64,000 nucleotides of DNA. Source: a virus. The notes under the pieces are model-generated. The model searched no databases and had not been told where the DNA came from. It saw only the letters and a program-made list of their open reading frames with translations. The translations under genes and the position numbers were made by a program. How positions within the stretch are numbered: position 1 is the stretch's first letter; every line of letters begins with the position of its first letter. Location of the stretch: positions 1 to 64,000 of IMG/VR virus record IMGVR_UViG_3300025030_000067. The stretch is one strand, 5' to 3'. Shown here in pieces: positions 47,695 through 55,861 of this stretch.

Positions 47695-48927
47695 TTAACC
47701 ACCTCTGTTTCTGTGTTTTGCCCACGTCTCATGCCCGGTGTACTCATACGGCCCAGCACAGGCACACCAAGGGTGGACAAGTCCAGCAACGGCCTTGAGT
47801 GTTTCGGCACCATCGCTTCTCCCGCCTGGTACTGTTTTGCCCCCACGGACGGGGTGCGGCTTACGACCTATATTTGTTCCGTTATTGATCAGGCGCGACA
47901 GCTTAAACAGCCGGGGTGTTTTCCCGTCTTTCTGTAAAAAAAGGTGTTTGCATTGAGCGCAGGCATCCGGCATCGGTCTCTTGTAGACCAGTTTATCAAT
48001 GTTGCCGTCCTGCAGCAGCTTGTGCGCCATGCCTTGTTTCTGTGCGTCCGTCAGCTCATAAAACGCCACTCGGTCCCAGTCTCTTGCCTTGTCGGTCATG
48101 GTATGGTGCAGCTCGCTCGAAAACTGTCGCCACGTCTCGACCGGCCTGTCTGGTGTCGCTATCCCCTGCATCTGCTTCTCGTCGCGGTCCAGCACCTTCC
48201 TGTTGAGTTTCCTCGCGTGGAAGTCGATTGCCATACTGCGCACTGTTTCGGCCTGCTTCTTCGCCCACAGTTTCCCGGCTTCCGTCGCAAGATCGGCTGC
48301 ATTGTTGGTGATGAAGTTCGCTGTCTGTTGTTCGGCCACGGCGATCGCGTGTAGGTCGGGTGCCAGTATCGGCGCATGAAGTGCCAGCTGCATGACCTCC
48401 TGGTATGTCTTGCCGGCTTCCACCGCCTCGATAAATTTACCCATCAAGAAAGCGTTGCGAACGAAGTACATCTCTGCCGGTACCGAGGCAGCGAAGGTTT
48501 CCGGGGTAATCCCGGCATCCACGAGTCCGAGTTGCTTCCATCGTTCGAGCAGATCGGGTGCTGGCTGATAATCCACCGACTGGATCTGGCCGGCGACGAA
48601 TGCGAACCGGTCGTTGATTGCCTGTTGTAATTGTCTCAACTGATCGGCGGTCAGCGGGGAATGGGAGACCGCCTTTTCCAGCTCTCCCTTGTTGATCATC
48701 CTGGCGTACCGTTCGATATCCCTTGCCGCCTGCCAGTACTCCTGCTGCATCATGTGGAACAGGATTCTCATGGCCTTGGTCCGGGGCTCCTTCGGGGTGT
48801 TGTCACAGGCGCAGGCCTTGGTCAGTGTATCGATTACTTCTGGTTCGATACCGCTGGCCACTGCCATGCCTGAGAGCGCCTTACGGAGCTGGTCGTCGGT
48901 GAGGTTGTGTTCGACGGTCAGGTTCAT
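47695..48927 (-). CDS. head morphogenesis protein (gpF/SPP1 gp7-like)
   Basis: DWDRVAFYE, ACAQC, HPWCAC motifs; downstream of the portal. Confidence 0.7.
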   Translation of the reverse strand: MNLTVEHNLTDDQLRKALSGMAVASGIEPEVIDTLTKACACDNTPKEPRTKAMRILFHMMQQEYWQAARDIERYARMINKGELEKAVSHSPLTADQLRQLQQAINDRFAFVAGQIQSVDYQPAPDLLERWKQLGLVDAGITPETFAASVPAEMYFVRNAFLMGKFIEAVEAGKTYQEVMQLALHAPILAPDLHAIAVAEQQTANFITNNAADLATEAGKLWAKKQAETVRSMAIDFHARKLNRKVLDRDEKQMQGIATPDRPVETWRQFSSELHHTMTDKARDWDRVAFYELTDAQKQGMAHKLLQDGNIDKLVYKRPMPDACAQCKHLFLQKDGKTPRLFKLSRLINNGTNIGRKPHPVRGGKTVPGGRSDGAETLKAVAGLVHPWCACAGPYEYTGHETWAKHRNRGG

Positions 48928-50285
48928 TATTTCGCCGATCTGTTGTGCTCTTTGACCATATTCATGTGCAGGTCTTCGTCGGCTGAGTCTTTTTCGGCGT
49001 GCCCTGCGGCTTTCAGGTGGAGTGCCGCCGCTTTTGCGTGGTCCTCTTTTGTTTTCGCCTTGTCGCCGACCTCGAACGCCTCTTTATCGGCTGCCTGGTA
49101 TTCTGCGGATCCAGATCGGAACTTGCTGCCTGCTGGCTTCTCGGGTGCTTTGGCTTTTTTATCATGCTCTGCAGCCAACTCGTGCTTAACTGCAATCTTG
49201 GAGTGGACATCGAAAGCCGCATCGTCATGTTCGTTTTTAGCCATTTCCATGGCTTTGTTGTTGAGTTTGGCGGCTTCTTGGTGGTCTTCTTTGTTCCCGG
49301 ATGCAGTCGCTTTTTTACTGGCAGAGAGTGCAACCTGTCGCATGCCGTCTTTGCCACCTTTTTTGTAATAGTGTTCCGGTTCTGACGATTTGTTTGACTC
49401 TGTCGCCTTTTTCTCGTGCTCTGCAGCCTTGGCTTCATGCTCGGCACTTCCCTCGCTGTCGTAGTCCAATTTTGCCGCTTCCTTGTGGGCATCGGCTGCG
49501 GCCTTGTGGTCGTCGGTTGTACCGCTCTTCTTGGCTTTGTCGCTGGCTGCGTATGCCTTATCGGTGGCGCTGATGGCAATACCAGACAGTCTCTGAACTT
49601 CCTTTCCGTGGGTTCTGGCTTCACCCGTGTGAAAATCAGCCTTTTTCTGGGCTTCTTTCTCTCCTGGCTTACCGTAATGCTTATTTGCAAGCGCCATGTA
49701 TGCGGTTGACGCTCTCATGTGCTGTTCCATCGCCAGCATATGCAGGCTGCTGCGTTTATTCAGCGTTGCGCTGTCGTGTGATGGCAGTTCGTTCCCTTTA
49801 TCGTCATGGGACTCGCTGAATGCATGCCTGGTGATTTCGTTTGCGTGGTTGCCAGAGTTTTCTGCATGATTTTCTTCATTGCCGCGATGGTAGCTCGCCA
49901 TGCTGTGATTGGCCTGCAGGTGTCGGCTGGCTGCGTGCATGTGTTCGTTGATCTGTTCGTTGGTTGATGCGTGTCGAAGTGCCTCTACGTGAGCGTGAGC
50001 AGCGTCTGCATGGTTGGCGGCGACTACCTTCGTATCTCTTGGGTCGTCCCAGTTATGTTTTGCCTGAGTTTCTTCAGCAAGTTTGCTGGCTTTCTGTGCT
50101 GCCTGCCGCTTGTCGTCATGTTCTTTTACCTGGACGCTGGCCCCCGACGCCGTCGTGCGGGTGTATTCCTTGACGTGGCTTTTTCGGAGTGCCTCGGTAT
50201 GGATGCTTCCGCCGACTTCGCTCTTTTTCAATTGTTCCACGGCTTCTGATGCCTGATCGATGGCTTGTTTAAGTTCGGTGTTCAT
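48927..50285 (-). CDS. His/Ala-rich putative internal head protein
   Basis: LKKS/LRKSHVKEYTRTTASG leader; repeated HxxAAxxH helices. Confidence 0.65.
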   Translation of the reverse strand: MNTELKQAIDQASEAVEQLKKSEVGGSIHTEALRKSHVKEYTRTTASGASVQVKEHDDKRQAAQKASKLAEETQAKHNWDDPRDTKVVAANHADAAHAHVEALRHASTNEQINEHMHAASRHLQANHSMASYHRGNEENHAENSGNHANEITRHAFSESHDDKGNELPSHDSATLNKRSSLHMLAMEQHMRASTAYMALANKHYGKPGEKEAQKKADFHTGEARTHGKEVQRLSGIAISATDKAYAASDKAKKSGTTDDHKAAADAHKEAAKLDYDSEGSAEHEAKAAEHEKKATESNKSSEPEHYYKKGGKDGMRQVALSASKKATASGNKEDHQEAAKLNNKAMEMAKNEHDDAAFDVHSKIAVKHELAAEHDKKAKAPEKPAGSKFRSGSAEYQAADKEAFEVGDKAKTKEDHAKAAALHLKAAGHAEKDSADEDLHMNMVKEHNRSAK

Positions 50286-50298
50286 TGAGTATCTCTCC

Positions 50299-51627
50299 TT
50301 ATGGCATAGTCCAGATTAGGCCGTGGCCTTTTGATGCTGCCCATTGCTTGGCGTGTTTCTTGGCTTCGGCATATGGCATGTTCGGTGTCACGATGTAGTC
50401 TTCGCCTTCCTTGTGGTTTGCGAAGTCAATCTTTCTATTCTGGCTGAACATCCATCTGCCTGTTCCCTTCGGTGTCTTACCGTGGGACATTTCGTGTTCA
50501 GTAGTTTCTACCGTTACTCGCGAGGTTGGAATGGCTGGTTTGCTCTGCGTTGCGGAGGGAGCCGGGGTTTCTGCTTTCGGTTCTTCCTTGATCTTGGAGA
50601 TGTACCGTGCGTAGTCGTATCCTTGCGAGTCCACCAGATACCGGTTGCCGTTCGTATGCTTCAGGATGAATGATTTGTGGCCGTTGGCTTCTTGCTTCTT
50701 CATGAACTCTTTGCTGAATGAGGTTCCGCCTGGCACGATCTCACCTTTGTATGTTCTCGGGTGTGTACCGTATACTTCGCCCATGGTGTGATGCCTGGCC
50801 TCGGTGCCTTCGACTTCTTTGGCTGGTATATGTGGCGGGTGCCCGTTTCTGGCATCGTCGCTGTCGGCATGACTAAATTTTTCCAGTTTTGAGTGCATCC
50901 TTTTCACGTACCGGTTTGACACCTGCTGCAGGTGCTCGCTTGCTTCCGTTTCGGTCATGTCGGCTTTCGGAGCTGCTGCTTTCTCTGCCATCATCTTCAC
51001 ATCGGACAGGACATCGTGAGCTGCTTTGGCTGTTGGGTTGGCTTTGAGGGCTTCCAGCTTGTGGTCGATGAATGGTTTGTATTCGGCCATCTTCGGGTCG
51101 GCGGCTATCTTGGCTACCGCTTCGTGGGTCATACTCACCAGTTTGGCGACGTGCTGTTCATGCTCGGTTTGCTCTGGATTGGCTGCGAGCTTGTCTTGGC
51201 GATTTTGCTCACGCTCGTGCTCTAAAGACGTTTCAAAGTGGTGTTGGTTTTTTCGCATGTGGTATGTGTATGGCGATGAATCTTCTTTATAAAGTTTTGC
51301 TGCTTGATGGTGGAGGTTCATGGCGTGCTGATGGGCTGCAGCAGCCTCGGCGTGCGTGTGGGTGCTGAGTCCATTAGTGGCAAGATCGTAGCTGATATTG
51401 TCGGCGTGGTGGCTGGCTTCCATGTGGTGTTCGGGAAGCCCTTGCGCTCCCTTTGCCTGAATGTGGCTCACGGTGCCGCTGGCATTCGTTCTTTCGTACC
51501 CGACGTGGTGCGGATCCCCAAACAAGCTCATTTGGCTCTTCTTGAGGATTTCTGCCATCTGCTGGCCGAGGTCGATCGCTTTCGCGAGGTCTTCAATTTC
51601 TTTACTCATGGTGGCTGGCTCCTTCAT
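50299..51627 (-). CDS. His-rich putative internal head protein
   Basis: LAKA/LKKSQMSLF...YERTNASG leader shared with the polyprotein. Confidence 0.65.
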   Translation of the reverse strand: MKEPATMSKEIEDLAKAIDLGQQMAEILKKSQMSLFGDPHHVGYERTNASGTVSHIQAKGAQGLPEHHMEASHHADNISYDLATNGLSTHTHAEAAAAHQHAMNLHHQAAKLYKEDSSPYTYHMRKNQHHFETSLEHEREQNRQDKLAANPEQTEHEQHVAKLVSMTHEAVAKIAADPKMAEYKPFIDHKLEALKANPTAKAAHDVLSDVKMMAEKAAAPKADMTETEASEHLQQVSNRYVKRMHSKLEKFSHADSDDARNGHPPHIPAKEVEGTEARHHTMGEVYGTHPRTYKGEIVPGGTSFSKEFMKKQEANGHKSFILKHTNGNRYLVDSQGYDYARYISKIKEEPKAETPAPSATQSKPAIPTSRVTVETTEHEMSHGKTPKGTGRWMFSQNRKIDFANHKEGEDYIVTPNMPYAEAKKHAKQWAASKGHGLIWTMP

Positions 51628-51665
51628 CGTTTCGTTATATTGGTTAAGCCATGTGTCTTGAATGA

Positions 51666-53399
51666 TCAGTCGAGTGTGATCTTGAGGAACTTCGTCTCGG
51701 GCTGTGACTTCCGCATTGACTTGTAATACTGGTCACTGTCGCCGCCCTGTTGATCGTCTCCCTGGTCTTCGTCCTGATCCGGTTCTTCTTCTGCCTGTTG
51801 CTGCTGTGCGAATGTGTTCAGGTAGTTCGGGATCGGCACGTCTGCAGGGTAATTCCATGGGTTCTTGTCGTACTTCTCTTTGTTCTCGTCGCCCTCCTGG
51901 AGCTTGCTGTACTGCTCTGGCGGCAGGTAGAATCCGATGGGGGCTCCGCCTTCTTCCATGCGACATTCGTTCTTGGTGATCCATTTGGAGACTCGGCTGG
52001 TGCGGATATCGACCGCCTGTTTCTCGTCTTCCGGGTTCAGGCCAACAACTATCAGCTTGAGGTCGTCATATCTAGGTTTAATGAGTGCGTCGGTGAGCCA
52101 TTCCGCCATGTCGGTGATGGAAGGGATGAGTCCGTGTTCTTTCGAGAACTCAATTTCTCCGGAGGCATTACCGGCAAAGATGCTACCGCCGCCTGCGCCA
52201 CTGTCGGTCTCCATGTTCAGTGTGCTGGGGTGGGCTCCGTAGGCCGAGCATTTGAACATGACCATCATCCTGATCATCTGGTCGAACAGCATGTCCTTTG
52301 GAGACTCGCGGAGCTTCACGCTTTCGATCTTGAAGTTCTCCATGTCGCCGGCAGGGATTACCGGCAGGCGCCAGTTGTTGCCGACTCCACCAGCCTCGCC
52401 AAGTATCTGCTGCTTGAACGCGGCCAAGCCTTCTTTGTCGTAGTCGCCGGAGACCGTCAGCACCTGCTCGGGATAGTTGGTCTTGAACATCTCGCGGTTG
52501 TATGTGAATGCCATGAGCAGGCTGGTGGTGATGTCCAGTGACTCTTCCAAGCGGGATGTACCGTATCCCCATCGGTTGAGCCGGTCGCTCGGGTTACTGA
52601 TGTGGACGCTGATTTCGTCGTCGGTGAATGCAGCTGTGATCATACCGTCGATCATCTGGACATAGCTGGCACGGGCGAGGTCAAACCCGGTGGAGTACGA
52701 CATCTTGTTTATCGTGTCTCGGCCTACCTTGCCGTTGCTCTCGTTCTTTTGAGCCCATGCCCGAATTGACTCATCCACGTTCTTGATCGTCTCTCCTGGC
52801 AGCCAGTGGAATGCTGCGTAGCCTTGGCCGTCTCGGCGTTTGTATCGGAGGATGCATTTGCGGTCGATGATCAGCTCCGTGCGGGTCAGAACGCCGACGA
52901 GGTCTTTCAATCGGGTATGTGGCCGGACGTTGTGCGGGTAGAGGTAGATGTGTTCGGTGGGCGTCGGGTCGCTGATGAATTTCTCCATCTCGTGGCAGCG
53001 TTCTTTATCCTGTCTGGTGACCTTGTAGTCGGGATCATCTGCGCGGTCGTGAACAACTCTGAATCCAATCTCCTTGTTCTTGCCCTCATTGGCCTTCTGC
53101 CAGATGCGTTTCTGCTGGTCGGTCCGGGCTCTGATCAGGATGCGGTCGAGGGTGGATTTTTCTGCGGCTTCGTACAGGATGGAAAACTGCGGGGTGCCTA
53201 TTGGCTTTTCTCGGGCTCCCATTACTATTGAGTTGTTTAATGCGAATTTGGAGAAGAAAGACGCTTTATTTTCGTCTCTTCGCATTTTATTAGCTTCTGA
53301 TTTTATCAGGTCGTCCGCTGAATGTTTTGGCACCAATAATCCTGATGAAAGTTGCACTGACTCTTCAAACACTCTGTTCAGGAATAATTTGTTATGCAT
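51666..53399 (-). CDS. portal protein
   Basis: 577 aa; NP...YGTSRLE, NREMF..NYP, DMLF, AYGAHP..L, T.NECR motifs; acidic tail; head module position. Confidence 0.88.
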   Translation of the reverse strand: MHNKLFLNRVFEESVQLSSGLLVPKHSADDLIKSEANKMRRDENKASFFSKFALNNSIVMGAREKPIGTPQFSILYEAAEKSTLDRILIRARTDQQKRIWQKANEGKNKEIGFRVVHDRADDPDYKVTRQDKERCHEMEKFISDPTPTEHIYLYPHNVRPHTRLKDLVGVLTRTELIIDRKCILRYKRRDGQGYAAFHWLPGETIKNVDESIRAWAQKNESNGKVGRDTINKMSYSTGFDLARASYVQMIDGMITAAFTDDEISVHISNPSDRLNRWGYGTSRLEESLDITTSLLMAFTYNREMFKTNYPEQVLTVSGDYDKEGLAAFKQQILGEAGGVGNNWRLPVIPAGDMENFKIESVKLRESPKDMLFDQMIRMMVMFKCSAYGAHPSTLNMETDSGAGGGSIFAGNASGEIEFSKEHGLIPSITDMAEWLTDALIKPRYDDLKLIVVGLNPEDEKQAVDIRTSRVSKWITKNECRMEEGGAPIGFYLPPEQYSKLQEGDENKEKYDKNPWNYPADVPIPNYLNTFAQQQQAEEEPDQDEDQGDDQQGGDSDQYYKSMRKSQPETKFLKITLD

Positions 53400-53868
53400 T
53401 GGCCGTCTCCTGATAATTCTTCCAAGACTGGTTGTTTAATATTTTAGCGGTCTGAGCGATTGATAGTCCGTATCTCTGGCCGATTGATTTATATGTTCCG
53501 GTTTTCCCGTTTCGTCGCATTTCCTGCACTTGCTTGAGTGTTACCTTTGCTTCGTTGTGACGTTCTCCGTCTGGTTGACGCCGCTTCTTGGTCCTGTCTG
53601 CTACGTTTTCTATGTTTGTTCCGACGAACAGGTGGTCGGGTCGGATGCATCTGGGGTTGTCGCATTTATGCAGGACTTGCAATCCTTCTGGTATCGGGCC
53701 GTTGTGCATCTCCCAAGAGAATCGGTGCGCTTTCCCCATTTTCCCGTGGTGGTGAAAGAACCCGTATCCGTCTTTATCTCTTGCTGCCTGCCACTCCCAG
53801 CACTCTTTGCTCTTGTCTACTTTCTCCCAGAAGTTTTCTTCCGGCGTTCTGACTGGCCATCTTGGCAT
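53392..53868 (-). CDS. HNH endonuclease
   Basis: CWEW...GYG..KAHRFSW...VLHKCDNPRCIRPDHLFVGT..EN. Confidence 0.9.
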   Translation of the reverse strand: MPRWPVRTPEENFWEKVDKSKECWEWQAARDKDGYGFFHHHGKMGKAHRFSWEMHNGPIPEGLQVLHKCDNPRCIRPDHLFVGTNIENVADRTKKRRQPDGERHNEAKVTLKQVQEMRRNGKTGTYKSIGQRYGLSIAQTAKILNNQSWKNYQETANA

Positions 53869-53986
53869 TTCACATCTCCGTGTGCGTCCCGATTATTCTC
53901 TGTGCCCAGGACGGTCGGAGTTCCGTCTTTTCTCCCGCTAAAGATAGGGCACAGCATGTCTTGTTAGACAATACTGTGCCCTAATT

Positions 53987-54011
53987 TGTAGCGTATATCA
54001 AACTGTTTGCC
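53987..54011 (-). promoter_or_regulatory. 13-bp box with GGCAAA/TTGATA upstream of HNH-portal
   Basis: Minus strand GGCAAA-cagt-TTGATA-tacgctaca; -10 element not clear. Confidence 0.5.
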
Positions 54012-54016
54012 GCTGG

Positions 54017-54259
54017 TTAGCCTTTAACCATATACAGAGTTTTACCTCTTATAATTGCAAGAAGTTCTGCATCTGTCTTCTCTTGGACCGGTCCATATAC
54101 CGTCTCTGCAACACCGTGAATCCAATTAAGGAGCTTCTCTGCATCCGCGATCACGTCATCGCTATTTATCCCTCGTCCATGGCTGTCCGCACTTTCCAAT
54201 ATTTCTTTACTCATCTTCAAACACGTTAATCTTAATTTTCGTTGGTTCATTGGTTTCAT
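54017..54259 (-). CDS. hypothetical protein
   Basis: 80 aa; AAGGGAG RBS. Confidence 0.55.
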   Translation of the reverse strand: MKPMNQRKLRLTCLKMSKEILESADSHGRGINSDDVIADAEKLLNWIHGVAETVYGPVQEKTDAELLAIIRGKTLYMVKG

Positions 54260-54279
54260 CTCCCTTTTGGGTTTAATGT

Positions 54280-54396
54280 TTGGGCGCTTTGTAGATCTGG
54301 TTTTCTAATTATGCTTGGCACGCTTCCTTGTATTGGTGTTCTTATGTGGAGTGGCTCGCTACGTCAACGTGGTTTTCTTTTGCACCTTGGCTATGC
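54280..54396 (-). repeat. TIGR-like array, downstream block (3 x 36-bp units)
   Basis: Minus strand (A/T)GCCA-N9-AGAA(A/C)ACCA-N9-AGCG x3, starting in the TAG stop of the Tas gene. Confidence 0.85.
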
Positions 54397-55398
54397 TGCT
54401 TGCTTCTCCCCGCCATGGACGTATCCCAGCTTCGCCTCGTGGTAGGGTAGCGACACCGGCAGACCCTCAATGGTCCTCCAAGCTGTGTAGAGGTCGATCA
54501 GGAACATCTTGACCATGTAGCGCATCGCGGCGTTGTGTCGGTGCCCCTTCTCGCTCACGGTTTTCTCTTTGCCCTTGTCGTTGGTTTCGGTTCGGTCCTT
54601 CCAGTTGGTGTGATTTTCCAGACGGTTCTTGTAGTCGTCATATATCGTCCGGTATTTGCTCTCACCGGCTCTCAGGAAGCTGCTGGCGAGCACTCCCATC
54701 AGTTTTGTTTTGAGGAATGGGTTGAATGTGATTCCGTTCCTGATCGCTGAGTTACCTTCTTTGTCGATATACGCTACAGTCTGGAGATGCTCTTTCCTTC
54801 GTGATCGGCCTTTGCCATCATCTGCGCAGTCGAGTCCTGCATACTTCCAGATGCTGCTCGGGTGTCTGGACTTGGTGATGTCGATCTCGCTGATGATCAC
54901 TCCTGCCATGGCTGGGCCTATGCCTCTGACGCCTTCGAGGAATTCGACGTATATCGGGTAATCTTCGAGTATCTTGCCGAGCATCCGGAAGTGCCGGTTC
55001 TCTTGGGATTCGAGGTCTTTGTATTGCGATATCAGGCAGAGCTCCGTGTAGTCACTGATCACTGGATTTCCCTTGAATTTCTTTTTGCTGGGCAGGCCGT
55101 CTGCCGTCAGTAGTGAGTAGTGTTTATCGAGCAGTTGGGACACAAGCCCTGCGATCTTCTTTTCTTCTTTTTCCGTCTGTTCCAGCTCCGCGACTGCTCC
55201 GGTGGTGACCAGTTTGTTGGCATTCCGTATCCGTGCCAGCAGTTGCTGCGATTCGGCGTCGAGTCCTTCTTCTGGTTCGCTTGGTGCCTGGCCGAGTTTG
55301 GCCTTGAAGTTGCCGACTATCCTGTTTCCGGTTTGGATGCGGAGCTTCTGGATGTCGTAGCTCCCTCTTACGATGGTTTTCAGATTTCCTGCTGACAT
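54391..55398 (-). CDS. TasA-like Nop-domain RNA-guided protein (IS110-related, no nuclease domain)
   Basis: QKLRIQTGNR coiled coil; FLEGVRGIGPAMAGVIISEID...SSIWKYAGL; FNPFLKTKL; HNAAMRYMVKMFLIDLYTAWR. No RuvC/DEDD or HNH motifs; flanked by 36-bp arrays; AAGGAGG RBS. Confidence 0.85.
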   Translation of the reverse strand: MSAGNLKTIVRGSYDIQKLRIQTGNRIVGNFKAKLGQAPSEPEEGLDAESQQLLARIRNANKLVTTGAVAELEQTEKEEKKIAGLVSQLLDKHYSLLTADGLPSKKKFKGNPVISDYTELCLISQYKDLESQENRHFRMLGKILEDYPIYVEFLEGVRGIGPAMAGVIISEIDITKSRHPSSIWKYAGLDCADDGKGRSRRKEHLQTVAYIDKEGNSAIRNGITFNPFLKTKLMGVLASSFLRAGESKYRTIYDDYKNRLENHTNWKDRTETNDKGKEKTVSEKGHRHNAAMRYMVKMFLIDLYTAWRTIEGLPVSLPYHEAKLGYVHGGEKQAA

Positions 55399-55421
55399 GA
55401 TGCCTCCTTGGTTGGTTTGGT

Positions 55422-55826
55422 GGTTCCTCTCTTTAGTAGTGGTTTTCTTAAACCGAATGGCTCGCTATTGTCTGTTGGTTTTCTTAATGTTAATGACTCG
55501 CTCTACGTATCTGTGTTTCTTTTGATGAATGGCTCGCTTCGTTATGCTGGTTTTATCTTCTTTATCGGCTCGCTCACTACATTTGGGTTTCTTTTCTGGA
55601 ATGACTCGCTTCGGTCGTTTGGGTTTCTCCCATTTCTTGGCACGCTCAATATTGCTGGGTATCTCTTTTTTTCTGGCTCACTTCGTCAGGATGGGTTTCT
55701 TCTGCGTTTTGGTTCGCTCTTTCATCATGGTGTTATTACAAGTGCTGGCTCGCTGTCTTCACTTGGGTTTCTTTTTGAATTTGGCTCGCTATGAAAAGAT
55801 GGTTTCCTTTCTCATTATGGCTTCTC
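55422..55826 (-). repeat. TIGR-like array, upstream block (11 x 36-bp units)
   Basis: Strict 18/36-bp period. Alternating 9-nt repeats AGCGAGCCA and AGAAA(C/A)CCA (minus strand) are separated by unique 9-nt spacers; loop repeats start at + coordinates 55440, 55476 ... 55800. Confidence 0.92.
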
Positions 55827-55861
55827 TTTCTATAAGTCTCCGTCACAGAATGATGCCGATG

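Noticed and set aside
47691-47846. 5' extension of the HNH ORF (238 aa in the track)
   Set aside because: It overlaps the head morphogenesis gene; a GAGGTGG RBS precedes the ATG at 47690.
54391-55398. IS110/IS116 transposase (insertion sequence)
   Set aside because: It shares the GIG..A/YAGL region but lacks the N-terminal DEDD RuvC domain and the SG catalytic loop. The flanks are guide-like arrays, not IS ends.
55408-55794. Plus-strand 128-aa ORF with a 12-aa GFL/GSL repeat (and similar ORFs at 54242-54512, 55529-55933)
   Set aside because: It is the antisense reading of the 36-bp array. It runs against all neighbouring genes, has no clear RBS, and conservation is in 9-nt DNA blocks rather than by codon position.
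55422-55826. CRISPR array
   Set aside because: Repeats are 9 nt of two alternating types with 9-nt spacers, and no cas genes are present; this does not fit CRISPR geometry.
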